Shown here: piece by piece, positions 1-9,539 of the stretch
Layout: each line of letters opens with the position of its first letter
Numbering within the stretch: position 1 is the first letter of the stretch
Assembly: GCA_029263315.1 (NCBI GenBank)
Contig: JAJCXR010000024.1
Coordinates: forward strand, 124,526 to 188,525
Source of the DNA: Acidobacteriota bacterium
Lineage (GTDB): Bacteria > Acidobacteriota > Thermoanaerobaculia > Multivoradales > J023
Direction: 5' to 3'
DNA: 64,000 nt
Notes under the pieces: model-generated
What the model saw: the letters and a program-made list of their open reading frames with translations, nothing else
Database searches by the model: none
Told to the model about the DNA's origin: nothing
Position numbers and translations under genes: made by a program

Positions 1-264
1 CCCCCCGAGGTCGACGCCCCGCTCCTCCAGCCATTCCCGGTAAGCACCGAAATCCGAGCCGGCGGCGGCCACCAATCGGGTGTCATGGCCCAACAACGCC
101 AAGGTATAACCGATATTGCCGGCACATCCCCCGCGTTGCTTTCGCATCTCACTGACCAGGAACGAGATGCTGATGACGTGCAGCTTGTCGGGATGGATGT
201 GGTCTTTGAAGCTGCCGGGGAAGACCATGATCTGGTCGAAAGCTAGGGAACCGGCGACGATCAC
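1..264 (-). CDS. pfkB/ribokinase-family carbohydrate kinase, N-terminal part; the gene runs off the window start
   Basis: Manual minus-strand translation gives ...VIVAGSLAFDQIMVFPGSFKDHIHPDKLHVISISFLVSEMRKQRGGCAGNIGYTLALLGHDTRLVAAAGSDFGAYREWLEERGVDLG. The GGxGxN glycine motif is typical of pfkB kinases. The GTG start at 264 is a guess; no ATG is available. Confidence 0.45.
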   Translation of the reverse strand, partial: MIVAGSLAFDQIMVFPGSFKDHIHPDKLHVISISFLVSEMRKQRGGCAGNIGYTLALLGHDTRLVAAAGSDFGAYREWLEERGVDLGG

Positions 265-499
265 TTGGCCGTCCGGACGTAGATTGAGCGGAGAGGTGGG
301 CACGCTGAGGCTCCTATTGCACAAATTGGCACTCGAACAAAGGCCCGCGACGGAGGTGCGCGGGCGGGCTGCCGATCATCTCAAATGCGGTGGCCGATGC
401 AAAGCCCGACGACACATTTTGCCCGTCCCATGGCCTGGACCTGAGTTTTCTTTAGCCCCAGCGAAGAGTTTCTCGCCGGCTGCTGGATGTCGATGCCTG

Positions 500-1792
500 C
501 TAGATGTCTTCGTCTTCGACGCGGCGAGGCGGCATATACAGGGAGGGCTCCTCATGTGATGGGATCGCCGCCACCGCGCGACGTAGCTGCGGCGGAGGCA
601 TGTCGGGACGCAGGGGGGCGCGATCGAGCACCACCAGGGTGAGATCGTCCTGCGGATCGCCGCTGCCCAAATGCGCCTCCACCGCCTGCAGGATGGTATC
701 CAGCACCTCCTGGGCGCTGCGGGGCTGCTCCAATAGGCGGCGCAGGCGGTCGAAACCAAAGCTCTGCTCGCTGTCGCCGCCGATGGCCTCGGGCAGGCCG
801 TCGCTATAGAGCACCAGAAAATCGCCGGCGTGGAGGGTCAACCGCTGGCTGGTGTACTGCATCTCACGGCGCAGCCCCAAGGGGAAAGCACCCTTACCAA
901 GCTCCAGGATGGTGCCGTCGGCACGGCGCAGCAAGGGAAAGGGATGGCCGGCGCTGGCGTACTCCAACTCGCCGCTGCGCAGATCGAGGATGCCGTAGAA
1001 GAGGGTCATGAAAGCCCGACGACCGCCGGTCCGTTCGAGGACTCGATTGAGGGTGCGCAACACGGCCTCGGGGGAAGGATCGAGCTCGATGGCCGTTTTC
1101 AGCGAGGCGTTGGTGATGGCCATCAACAAACCGGCGCTGATGCCGTGGCCGCTGGCGTCGCCCACCGCCACCACCCAACGGCCGTCGGCCAAGGGCAAGA
1201 AATCGTAGTAATCGCCACCGATCTCCAAGGCCGTGCGATAGGAATGGGCGACTCGCCAGCCGGGCCACAGGGGGGTGTCCTGGGGCAACAAATCCCGTTG
1301 CAGCTGCCGCGCCACCTCGAGCTCGTCGCGCACCCGCAGCTGATCCACCAACTCGAGACCCAAAAGCAGGACCAAGGCGGCGATGGAGGTCAGGAACCAA
1401 AAGGGCGACGCATCGATGAAGATGCCGTGGGTGCCAAAATCGAAGTTGATGTCGAAAAAACCCAAGAGCGGGCAGAGCAATGCCACGGTGAAGAGGAGCC
1501 GCCGACCGGGGGACAGCTCCATGGCCATGCCGATGAAAAAATTTCGAATCTGCTCGAGGACCTTGGCCGGGTCCTGCTCCTCGAAGGCATTCTGTGAGCG
1601 GCTACCGGAGGAGAAGACGGAGAGGGCGCGGCTGGCGTCTTCTTCGAACAGCCTTTCCAACTCGCGCCGGTTGATACCGGAGGAGAAATCCCGCAGGAAG
1701 CGGGTCAAGCGATCGACGGTTTGCACACCTACCCTGGGGCTGCCTGGTTTGGGGCTGCCTGCTTTGGGGGCGATGCGTGGTGACTTGGCCAT
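500..1792 (-). CDS. Membrane-anchored PP2C-type serine phosphatase (SpoIIE/RsbU-like)
   Basis: 430-aa ORF. Hydrophobic N-terminal segments are followed by a PP2C/SpoIIE domain with DYYDF and VGDASGHG motifs. Confidence 0.8.
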   Translation of the reverse strand: MAKSPRIAPKAGSPKPGSPRVGVQTVDRLTRFLRDFSSGINRRELERLFEEDASRALSVFSSGSRSQNAFEEQDPAKVLEQIRNFFIGMAMELSPGRRLLFTVALLCPLLGFFDINFDFGTHGIFIDASPFWFLTSIAALVLLLGLELVDQLRVRDELEVARQLQRDLLPQDTPLWPGWRVAHSYRTALEIGGDYYDFLPLADGRWVVAVGDASGHGISAGLLMAITNASLKTAIELDPSPEAVLRTLNRVLERTGGRRAFMTLFYGILDLRSGELEYASAGHPFPLLRRADGTILELGKGAFPLGLRREMQYTSQRLTLHAGDFLVLYSDGLPEAIGGDSEQSFGFDRLRRLLEQPRSAQEVLDTILQAVEAHLGSGDPQDDLTLVVLDRAPLRPDMPPPQLRRAVAAIPSHEEPSLYMPPRRVEDEDI

Positions 1793-1993
1793 GGCAATGG
1801 GGGGGATACGGCAGCGAGGGTCTGATCATTCGCTGTCTCTGATGTGCTCCTGCGCTCCACTGCGTCGCTCTGCTGCGTCGCTCCACTGCAGCGCAACCCG
1901 CCGAGACCCCCAACTCTATCAAGGGAGCCCCTCGAACGTACGTCGAGTCGTCCATGTTGACGACCTCACCGGGGGGCCGATACGCTGCCCTCC

Positions 1994-2812
1994 ATGATGC
2001 ACAGTGACGCAGATCCGCAACCGCACCAGGCGCCCTACGCCGAAGTCCCCCATGGGGATGTCTTCAGCGAGCGCCGAGAGAGAGTTTTTCTCGTCCTCGT
2101 GGGCCTGTTCTTGGGCTCGATGACCATGCTCAATATTCTGGGGGTGACCCGTTTCATCGATCTCTCCTTCAATTTCCTCGGTTTCAAGATCCCCATGGCG
2201 TTGGCGGTGGGGGTTCTACCCTATCCACTGACTTTTCTGTGCACCGATTTCATTTCCGAAATCTACGGCAGACGACGGGCCAATGCAGTTGTCTGGGTGG
2301 GTTTCTTGATCAACATCTGGCTCTTGCTCATCCTTTGGCTGGGGGGCGCCCTACCCGGTTTCGACACCCCTGCCATAGATCCCCAGTCCGGACGACAGAC
2401 TATCTTCTTCGAGCTGCGGGGCATGGCCGGCGGCGCCGCCGTCGCCTCGATGATCGCTTACCTGGCGGCCCAGCTGTGTGACGTGCACGTCTTCCATTTC
2501 TGGAAACGCCTGACCCGAGGTCGGCATCTGTGGCTGCGCAACAACGGCTCCACCCTGGTGAGCCAGTTCGTCGACAGCTTCGCGGTCATCACCATCACCT
2601 ATTTCTTCACCCAAGCGCCGTTGCCAGTCAATGCCTCACAGGCCGTCTGGCCGCAGCTTTGGGTGTTGATCGGCTCCTCCTACACCTTCAAGATGGTGGC
2701 CGCCCTTGTCGACACCGTCCCGTTTTACATCGGCAGCCATTGGATGCGGCGCTACTTGGGTCTCACCCCTCTGGCGACCCTAGCCGTGGTCGACGGGGCG
2801 GAGGCGGCTTGA
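1994..2812 (+). CDS. Queuosine-precursor transporter, YhhQ/VUT (DUF165) family
   Basis: 272-aa polytopic membrane ORF with PYPLTFLCTDFISEIYG and FVDSFAVITITY, characteristic of YhhQ-type transporters. The exact start is uncertain. Confidence 0.7.
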   Translation: MMHSDADPQPHQAPYAEVPHGDVFSERRERVFLVLVGLFLGSMTMLNILGVTRFIDLSFNFLGFKIPMALAVGVLPYPLTFLCTDFISEIYGRRRANAVVWVGFLINIWLLLILWLGGALPGFDTPAIDPQSGRQTIFFELRGMAGGAAVASMIAYLAAQLCDVHVFHFWKRLTRGRHLWLRNNGSTLVSQFVDSFAVITITYFFTQAPLPVNASQAVWPQLWVLIGSSYTFKMVAALVDTVPFYIGSHWMRRYLGLTPLATLAVVDGAEAA

Positions 2813-2854
2813 GCAGCCCGGCGACGCCGCGGTGGAGCGGCCTGGGGATGGGCG

Positions 2855-3367
2855 ATGCAGCGTAAATTCGCCGTCGTCTATGGGCTGCTGGCGGCGGCGA
2901 TCCTGATCTGGCTTTACGGCAAGTGGGACAACGAAGAGCGTCGCTTGCACCAGCGACTCGAGGGTCTGGGGACGCTGGTGGAGAAGGGGGAGGCGGAAGG
3001 TAACCTGGTGGCGGCCAACAAGGGGCGGCAGGTGGCTACCTTCTTTTGTCGGGATTTCAGCATCGAGCTACGGCCCTTCGATCAAAGGGTGCAGGACCGT
3101 GGACGGCTGGCCCAGATCATGCTCGGCTACCGTCAAGGGGCCGAAAGCATCGCCGTCGGCTTCGCCAACACCGACGTCACGGTGCTGCCGGGTCATCCCC
3201 AAAGCGCCGAAATGACCACTGAGGTGACGGTTAGTGGCAGGGTGGACGGAACCTCCCGCCGAGAAGCCTACCGCTTCAGCTTTCGGTGGCTCGAGGAGGA
3301 CGGCCAATGGTGCATCGAGCAGGCGGACCTGGTGGAGATTCTGCAGGGCTGGGAGGGCCTGCTCTGA
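2855..3367 (+). CDS. Hypothetical protein with N-terminal membrane anchor
   Basis: 170-aa ORF in a coding-like frame with an N-terminal hydrophobic helix. No recognisable family. Confidence 0.45.
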   Translation: MQRKFAVVYGLLAAAILIWLYGKWDNEERRLHQRLEGLGTLVEKGEAEGNLVAANKGRQVATFFCRDFSIELRPFDQRVQDRGRLAQIMLGYRQGAESIAVGFANTDVTVLPGHPQSAEMTTEVTVSGRVDGTSRREAYRFSFRWLEEDGQWCIEQADLVEILQGWEGLL

Positions 3368-3459
3368 CGGTGGCCCCTGAGGGCCAGGCCTGTCCAAAGG
3401 CTGCTGTGGGCCGCTGGGACAGACTGAAGGCGGGAAATCGGCAAGCTGAAAATCAGAGG

Positions 3460-3545
3460 TGGTGCCGGAGGAGGGAGTCGAACCCACACGCCCTTTCGGA
3501 CAACGGATTTTGAATCCGTCGCGTCTACCATTCCGCCACTCCGGC
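3460..3545 (-). tRNA. tRNA-Leu(CAA), class II with long variable arm, CCA encoded
   Basis: Reverse complement reads GCCGGAGTGGCGGAATGGTAGACGCGACGGATTCAAAATCCGTTGTCCGAAAGGGCGTGTGGGTTCGACTCCCTCCTCCGGCACCA. It has a 7-bp acceptor stem, the anticodon loop TTCAAAA and a T-loop GGTTCGACTCC. Confidence 0.85.
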
Positions 3546-4013
3546 GTAGCTGAGAGAGCGAATGCTAGGCGTTCCAGCCAGCGGGTGTCAACAGTCAAGA
3601 TGAGGAAATCTGAGAAGAGCGCACGGGGCTGGGCCTCAACTCTTGCCACGGCAGGAAACGCACCTAGGGACCCGGGGTGGAGCGGGGTTGCTTCTAACCC
3701 ATAGATTAGGTTATAGTTCTAGCCTTGAGGGTCTTGTCTAGGCCCAGATTTTGAGATCATAGCACGTGATTTCTACATGCCAGCACCTGCCGACACCGCG
3801 CTTCAACCGGCAACATGAGGTGGCTCCTTCTGCGATGTCTTGTCATCGCAGAGCCGTCCAAATTCTCGATCGCCTTCGGCGAAGACACTCGACCAATGTG
3901 CAGGCCGCGGTACCGTCCGCACTGCGACGATATACGCTAGTTAATTCCACACCTCGGAGGCTCGATCCGCTGATCGCCATCCGCGGTGAAGGAATCTGAA
4001 AGGGGTTCTCATA

Positions 4014-4658
4014 GTGAGCTTTACGGTAGGACAAAAAGTCGTCTATCCCAACCACGGGGTCAGCCGCGTCGAAGAGATCTCAGCCGCCACATTCGACGAT
4101 GTGGAGCAAACGCTCTATCACCTTCGTCTGTTGTCCAACAACTCCAAAGTCATGGTGCCCAAGGAAAACTTGGAGTTGGTGGGTCTGCGGCCCTTGGGGG
4201 ATGAAAACGCCATCAAGGCGCTCATCGGCATCCTCGAGGATGGCAACATCGATACCTACAAGGATTGGAAAGGGCGCTACAAGCAAAACCTCGACAAGAT
4301 GAAGACCGGAGAGCTCTCCGAGGTGGCAGAGGTTCTCAAGAACCTGTGTTTGGTGAGCCAGAAGAAGAGTCTCTCGTTTCGCGAAAAGAAGATGTACGAG
4401 CGGGCCAAGTACTTCATCGTCAGCGAGATTGCACATGTCAAGGAGCTCGAGGAAGAGGATGCCGACGCCTTGGTCGAGAAAGCCCTGGAGGTGAGCCTCA
4501 AGAAGCTGGAGAAGTCTCTCGGCAGAGCCAAGGCCAAAGCGGACGCCGAAGCAGCGGAGGCCGCCGAAGAAGAGGCTCTCAACAGCGACGACGGTGATGA
4601 TGACGAGGACGACGATGATGACGATGACGGCGACGAGGTCACAGCCGCCGCCGAGTGA
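4014..4658 (+). CDS. CarD/CdnL-family RNA-polymerase-binding transcription factor with an acidic C-terminal tail
   Basis: N-terminus FTVGQKVVYPNHGVSRVEEI...KVMVP matches the CarD_CdnL_TRCF domain. GTG start is preceded by AAGGGG. The C-terminus is poly-D/E. Confidence 0.85.
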   Translation: MSFTVGQKVVYPNHGVSRVEEISAATFDDVEQTLYHLRLLSNNSKVMVPKENLELVGLRPLGDENAIKALIGILEDGNIDTYKDWKGRYKQNLDKMKTGELSEVAEVLKNLCLVSQKKSLSFREKKMYERAKYFIVSEIAHVKELEEEDADALVEKALEVSLKKLEKSLGRAKAKADAEAAEAAEEEALNSDDGDDDEDDDDDDDGDEVTAAAE

Positions 4659-4735
4659 TCTGCCTGGCGGAGAATTCGTCATCTTTCGAAGCGCTCCGGG
4701 GCGTTGGCCCCGATGCCGTTGAAAGTTTTCAACCA

Positions 4736-4769
4736 AGCCGCCCCAGGCTATGTCGGGGGCGGCTTTTTT
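4736..4769 (+). terminator. Rho-independent terminator after the carD-like gene
   Basis: GCCGCCCC-aggctatgtc-GGGGGCGGC followed by TTTTTT. Confidence 0.6.
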
Positions 4770-4946
4770 AGTGGCCGGGATCATCATCTCTATCGCCACC
4801 ATGGTAGCCTGAAGGGGAGCCTGCCGATGGCCGGCGGCGGATCTGCGGCGGGCATCTCCTGGACTAAACCTCAGCGTGATCGCCGCCCCACGCACCTCGA
4901 CCTGATATCAATCACCTGACCCGGACCGGGTCGTCGGAGAATCCCT

Positions 4947-5657
4947 GTGAGCCGCGATTCCCTGTTGTATACCTTGATCGGTTTGTTGGTCGGTTTCATC
5001 GCCGGCTTCATGCTCCATGAGTCCATGGCCAGCCGTCAGCCGGCTCCGAGCTTTGTCGGTATGGCAGAGCAGATCGGCGCCGGAGCCGCCCCCCAATCCC
5101 CCGCCCCTCGAGTCGGCGGCGCCAACGGGCCCCAGGACTCGATGCAGCAAGTGCAGCGACTCCGCCAATACGTCGAGGAGAACCCCGGCGATCTGGAGGC
5201 GCTCAAAGTCCTGGCCAATCTCAATCTCAGCATCCGCAACCTATCGCGGGCCTCGGAGCTCTTCGAGCGCTACGTGCAGCAGAAGGGTGATGACCTGGAG
5301 GTTCTCCAGGCCTATGGCAATTTGAGCTACGACCAGCAGGCTTGGCCGAAGGCGGCTGAGCTCTACGAAGCCTTCCTGGAGATCTCACCCAGCGATCATG
5401 GAGTGCGCACCGACCTGGGAGCCGTTTACCGTTACTTGGGCCGTTACGAGGATGCCTTGGCTGAGTTCGAGCGGGTGCTCCAGGCCAGACCGGATCATTG
5501 GGAAGCGCGCTTCAACGAAGTCCTGGTCAAGACCGTCGACCTCAGGGACTATGACGGTGCGGACAGGGCTCTTAAAGAGCTTCGGATCCTGCGTCCGGGG
5601 GACCCGTCCGTCGAGCGATTGGCGGCCGAGCTGGAGCGTCGCCGGCAAGGGGCTTGA
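4947..5657 (+). CDS. TPR-repeat protein with N-terminal transmembrane helix
   Basis: 236 aa. TM helix LLYTLIGLLVGFIAGFML is followed by TPR-like repeats (ALKVLANL, AYGNLSY, LGAVYRYLGRYEDALAEFERVL). Confidence 0.7.
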   Translation: MSRDSLLYTLIGLLVGFIAGFMLHESMASRQPAPSFVGMAEQIGAGAAPQSPAPRVGGANGPQDSMQQVQRLRQYVEENPGDLEALKVLANLNLSIRNLSRASELFERYVQQKGDDLEVLQAYGNLSYDQQAWPKAAELYEAFLEISPSDHGVRTDLGAVYRYLGRYEDALAEFERVLQARPDHWEARFNEVLVKTVDLRDYDGADRALKELRILRPGDPSVERLAAELERRRQGA

Positions 5658-5914
5658 AGTTGCGCTTCATTCTCACCGCCCTGCTCATCATCTGGTTCTT
5701 CTGGCGCCTACAGCGCCTGGTCAGCACCTTGAAGGGGGCCAGCGGCAACACTCCTTCGGAAGTGCACTACGGCCACCGCAAGACGGTGGTGGAAACCTTG
5801 GAGCGCTGTGCCAACTGCGGTGTCCATGTACCGGCTAGCCAGTCGCTCTTGATGGACGACGGTAGCACATACGTTTGCTCAACGGCCTGCTACGAGGTGC
5901 TAGCGGGCTCCTGA
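5654..5914 (+). CDS. Small membrane-anchored Cys-rich (zinc-ribbon-like) protein, PP0621-like
   Basis: 86 aa. N-terminal TM helix and C-terminal CANC...C..C cluster. The TTG start overlaps the TPR gene stop. Confidence 0.55.
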   Translation: MKLRFILTALLIIWFFWRLQRLVSTLKGASGNTPSEVHYGHRKTVVETLERCANCGVHVPASQSLLMDDGSTYVCSTACYEVLAGS

Positions 5915-5934
5915 CATCTGGATCTGTGATCTAC

Positions 5935-8493
5935 ATGGAGCCAAATTCGCCAACTCCTGAAGACTTTGCGGCGCCGCACGGCAAGACGGGTACGCTCGCC
6001 ACCTCCGACGGCCCGGAAGCGTCCACAGACGACGCGACTCCGTCTGTGGGCGGGGCCGATGTCCCGTCCGTGGGCGGGGCTGCTGTCTATTGTCACGTTG
6101 CGGTGCCCATTCCCGTCGAGCAGGCTTTGACCTACGGGTTGCCGTCGGCCCTCCAGGACGTGCGCCCCGGCTGTCGGGTCAAGGTACCCGTCGGCCGTCG
6201 CAAGCTCACCGGCATGGTGCTGCGCACCGATGTCGAGGCGCCGACGGATTTTGCCGCCAAGGACATCTTGGAAGTGCTCGATGTCGAGCCGGTGGCGCCG
6301 ACGGACCTCCTGCTGCTGGCACAATTTGTCGCCGACTACTATCTTGCCCCCATCGGCGAGGCGGCCCGCGCCCTGGTGCCGGCGGACTTGCCACCCTGGG
6401 GCCACCGGCGCATCGCTCTCACCGACGGCGGAGCGCTGGCGGTGGTCAAAGATGCCGACGAAGGCGCCATCCTCGGTGTCCTGATGCAACAGCGTCGCCT
6501 CCGACTGGCGGATTTGAAACGCCAGTTGCCGTCGATGCCGCAACTGGCCCAAGTGCTGCGGCGGCTGCAGGAGCAGGGCCGGGTGACGGTGGAGGAGCCC
6601 GGGCGTCGGGGCAGGCGTTTTGTCAAAGCTTTGGAGCTGCGTCCCGGCGATCGCGAAGAGCAGCTTCAGCGCTGCGGACGCAGTGTCAAGGGACGGGCGG
6701 TGGTGGACTTCCTGGCGTCCTTGGGCCGCCCCGCCACCTTGAGGGAGATTCGCCAAGCGATCGATTGCGGCGATGGTGTGGTACGCCGTTTGACCTCGTT
6801 GCAGCTCTTGCGGGAGTTCACTCAACCGGAGAATCGCTCCCTGGCCCGCCATCGGTTGCAGGCTGAGGGGGCCTCGACGCTGACCTTGCGTGGCGATCAG
6901 TCGGTGGCCGTCGATGCCTTGTTGGGGGCCCTCGACGCCGGCAGCTATGCGCCGTTTCTGCTGGCCGGAATGACCGGCTCCGGCAAGACCGAAGTCTATT
7001 TGCAGGCCGTCGCCCGCTGCTTGGCCAGCGACCGTTCCGCCATTCTCATGGTGCCGGAGATCGCTCTGGTTCCCGCCCTGGCCTCCGCCGTGCGCCAGCG
7101 CTTCGGCCAAGAGCTGGCCATCCTGCACTCCAATCTCTCGCCGTCGGAGCGTTTGCAGGAGTGGGAGCGGGTGCGACGGGGCGAGGCCCGGGTCGTCCTC
7201 GGACCCCGTTCCGCCCTGCTGGCACCGGTGTCGAGGCTGGGCCTCATCGTGGTCGACGAGGAGCACGATACGTCCTACAAGCAGGACGTCACGCCGCGCT
7301 ACAACGGGCGAGACTTGGCCTTGCTGCGGGCCCGGGACCACAGAGCCGTGGCGGTGCTGGTATCCGCCACCCCGAGCCTGGAGAGTCGCCACAATGTGGC
7401 CTCGGGCAAATTACAGCGCCTAGAGCTCTTGCGGCGGGCCGGCCATGGCCAGCTGCCGGAGGGAATCCTGGTGGATTTGCGGCGCGAGCCGGGGCCCAAG
7501 CGACCGGGGGAGATCTCCTTCTCGCAGGCACTGCGGGGGGAGATCGAGGCGGCGGTCGAGGCGGGGGACCAGATCATCTTGCTGCGCAATCGGCGAGGCT
7601 ACTCGCCGCTGCTGCTGTGCCGTGCCTGCGGCGAAAACTTCCTGTGCGAAGATTGTGGCCTATCGATGACTTTCCACAAGCGACAGCATCGTTTGGTATG
7701 CCACTACTGCGCCCATGAGGTGCAAGCGCCGATGATCTGTCCGCAATGCGATGAAGCGGCCCTCGAAGCGGTGGGTGCCGGGACCGAGAGGGTCGAAGAG
7801 CAATTCCGAGATCTCTACCCTGGGGTCGCGGTCGATGTGCTGGACGCCGATGCCGGGCGCCGGGCCGGAGGAGCGGCGGCGGTGCTGGAACGATTCCGCA
7901 GCGGCCAGACACAGGTGTTGATCGGCACCCAGATGGTGGCCAAGGGGCATCATTTCCCCCGCGTTTCGCTGGCCGCCGTGTTGCACGCCGACAGCTACCT
8001 CGGATTCCCCGATTTTCGAGCCGTCGAGCGCACCTACGCTCTGCTGACCCAGTTGGCCGGTCGGGCCGGTCGCGGTGAGCAGCCGGGCAAGGTGGTGATC
8101 CAGACGTTTCACCCCGACCACTACGCCATACAGGCCGCCCTGACCGGTGATGACCGGGCCTTTATCGAAGAAGAAATGAAGTTTCGGCAGAGTTTCTTCT
8201 ATCCGCCCTTCAGTCGCATGGTGAGCTTCTTGGGACGTCACAAGGAACCGCAGAAGGTGCATCAGGCGATGCAAGAGCTGGCGCGGCGCGTCCGGCGACA
8301 CCCCCTGGCCGCCAAGGCTCGCATCACCGGTCCCGCCGCGGCGCCCTTGGAGCGCCTGCGCGGTAAGTGGCGTTTCCAGCTTCTGGTGCGCAGCGCCGCC
8401 GGCTCCCAGCTACGGCAGATGGCCCGTCAGGTGCAAGAACCCAACCTCGGTATCGAGCTGACGGTCGATGTCGATCCCTATGACTTGATGTGA
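5935..8493 (+). CDS. priA: Primosomal protein N' (replication-restart helicase PriA)
   Basis: N-terminal VAVPIPV..YGLP..G.RV.VP.GRR motif, Walker A GMTGSGKT, DEEH box, and a Cys4+Cys4 zinc-binding region (CRACG...CEDCG...CHYC...CPQC). The start could be anywhere between 5875 and 6070. Confidence 0.9.
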   Translation: MEPNSPTPEDFAAPHGKTGTLATSDGPEASTDDATPSVGGADVPSVGGAAVYCHVAVPIPVEQALTYGLPSALQDVRPGCRVKVPVGRRKLTGMVLRTDVEAPTDFAAKDILEVLDVEPVAPTDLLLLAQFVADYYLAPIGEAARALVPADLPPWGHRRIALTDGGALAVVKDADEGAILGVLMQQRRLRLADLKRQLPSMPQLAQVLRRLQEQGRVTVEEPGRRGRRFVKALELRPGDREEQLQRCGRSVKGRAVVDFLASLGRPATLREIRQAIDCGDGVVRRLTSLQLLREFTQPENRSLARHRLQAEGASTLTLRGDQSVAVDALLGALDAGSYAPFLLAGMTGSGKTEVYLQAVARCLASDRSAILMVPEIALVPALASAVRQRFGQELAILHSNLSPSERLQEWERVRRGEARVVLGPRSALLAPVSRLGLIVVDEEHDTSYKQDVTPRYNGRDLALLRARDHRAVAVLVSATPSLESRHNVASGKLQRLELLRRAGHGQLPEGILVDLRREPGPKRPGEISFSQALRGEIEAAVEAGDQIILLRNRRGYSPLLLCRACGENFLCEDCGLSMTFHKRQHRLVCHYCAHEVQAPMICPQCDEAALEAVGAGTERVEEQFRDLYPGVAVDVLDADAGRRAGGAAAVLERFRSGQTQVLIGTQMVAKGHHFPRVSLAAVLHADSYLGFPDFRAVERTYALLTQLAGRAGRGEQPGKVVIQTFHPDHYAIQAALTGDDRAFIEEEMKFRQSFFYPPFSRMVSFLGRHKEPQKVHQAMQELARRVRRHPLAAKARITGPAAAPLERLRGKWRFQLLVRSAAGSQLRQMARQVQEPNLGIELTVDVDPYDLM

Positions 8494-8540
8494 GGCATTC
8501 ATGGCACTTGGCTTCTTTCGATTGACCTCCTCTCCGCCCT

Positions 8541-9509
8541 TTGCTAGCTTCCTCGCCGATGAGTACTGAAGAAAACAGCTTTGAAGCGCCGTTGGTCGAG
8601 TTGCGTCGGCGCATCGAAGAGCTCGAAGGATATCCCGAGGGGAGTGGCCACCGGCAGGAGCTGGAACAGCTGCACCATTCCCTGAAGAAAACCACCAAAG
8701 AGATTTTCGGCCGCTTGACACCGTGGCAGAAGACGTTGGTGGCGCGCCATTTCGACCGTCCCTATACCCTGGACTACGTCCAACACCTGACCACCGATTG
8801 GCAGGAGATCCACGGCGATCGTGCCTTCGGCGAAGATCCCTCCGTGGTGGCCGGTCTCGCCACCTTCAGGGGAAAATCCGTCGCCATCATCGGCCATCAG
8901 AAGGGCCGTGGGACCAAGGAACGGATTCACCGCAATTTTGGCCAGCCCCGCCCGGAGGGCTACCGCAAGGCTCTGCGGGTGATGCGCTTGGCGGAGCGCT
9001 TTCGGCTGCCGGTGATCACCTTGATCGATACCCCCGGGGCCTACCCGGGCATCGGGGCCGAAGAGCGTGGACAGGCGGAGGCCATCGCCCGCAATCTCAT
9101 CGAGATGGCGGATCTGGAAGTGCCCATCGTCGCCGTCATCACCGGCGAGGGGGGCAGTGGCGGTGCCTTGGCCTTGGGGGTCGGCAATCGCGTCTACATG
9201 CTGGAGTACTCCATTTACTCGGTGATCTCACCGGAAGGTTGCGCGGCGATTCTGTGGAAGGATCAAACCAAGAAATCGGAAGCTGCGCGGGCCCTCAAGC
9301 TGACCGCCCCCGACCTACGCCAGTTGGGAGTGGTCGACGGGGTCATCGCCGAGCCCCCGGGGGGAGCCCACACCGATATCGAAACGGTGTGCCGAGATGT
9401 CGGCGAGACCATCGCCAAGGCGCTGCAGGAGCTCGAGGGCATGTCCGCCGAAGAGCTGATCGCCGATCGCTATAGGAAATTCCGTGCCCTCGGGGCCTTT
9501 GCCGGCTGA
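8541..9509 (+). CDS. accA: Acetyl-CoA carboxylase carboxyltransferase subunit alpha
   Basis: 322 aa with AccA hallmark motifs PVITLIDTPGAYPG and ITGEGGSGGALA. Confidence 0.9.
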   Translation: MLASSPMSTEENSFEAPLVELRRRIEELEGYPEGSGHRQELEQLHHSLKKTTKEIFGRLTPWQKTLVARHFDRPYTLDYVQHLTTDWQEIHGDRAFGEDPSVVAGLATFRGKSVAIIGHQKGRGTKERIHRNFGQPRPEGYRKALRVMRLAERFRLPVITLIDTPGAYPGIGAEERGQAEAIARNLIEMADLEVPIVAVITGEGGSGGALALGVGNRVYMLEYSIYSVISPEGCAAILWKDQTKKSEAARALKLTAPDLRQLGVVDGVIAEPPGGAHTDIETVCRDVGETIAKALQELEGMSAEELIADRYRKFRALGAFAG

Positions 9510-9539
9510 GGCCGGTGCGCCTCCAGCCATCTCTCCACC

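Noticed and set aside
116-759. ORFs 116..559 + and 376..759 -
   Set aside because: They overlap the 3' end of the pfkB gene and the phosphatase gene, have low-complexity Arg/Pro-rich composition and no homology.
1793-1993. preQ1 riboswitch upstream of the YhhQ-type queuosine-precursor transporter
   Set aside because: No recognisable preQ1-I/II consensus (no A-rich tail or conserved loop) could be seen by eye. Only a short CGCTCCACTGC direct repeat is present. An Rfam scan would be needed.
5875-5934. PriA start at 5875 with a 20-aa N-terminal extension
   Set aside because: It overlaps the preceding small gene. PriA homology begins near VAVPIPV, so a later in-frame start (5935 or GTG 6070) is more likely.
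5890-7392. Long antisense ORFs (for example 5890..7392 -, 9315..10844 -, 61455..63053 -, 30582..31382 -)
   Set aside because: They are typical high-GC shadow ORFs opposite well-supported genes (priA, recJ, the M36 protease, the methyltransferase). They have no domain signatures and are Arg/Pro/Gly-rich.
8500-8525. Sigma-54 promoter upstream of accA (TGGCAC-N5-TTCTT)
   Set aside because: The -24 element matches, but the -12 TTGC is missing.
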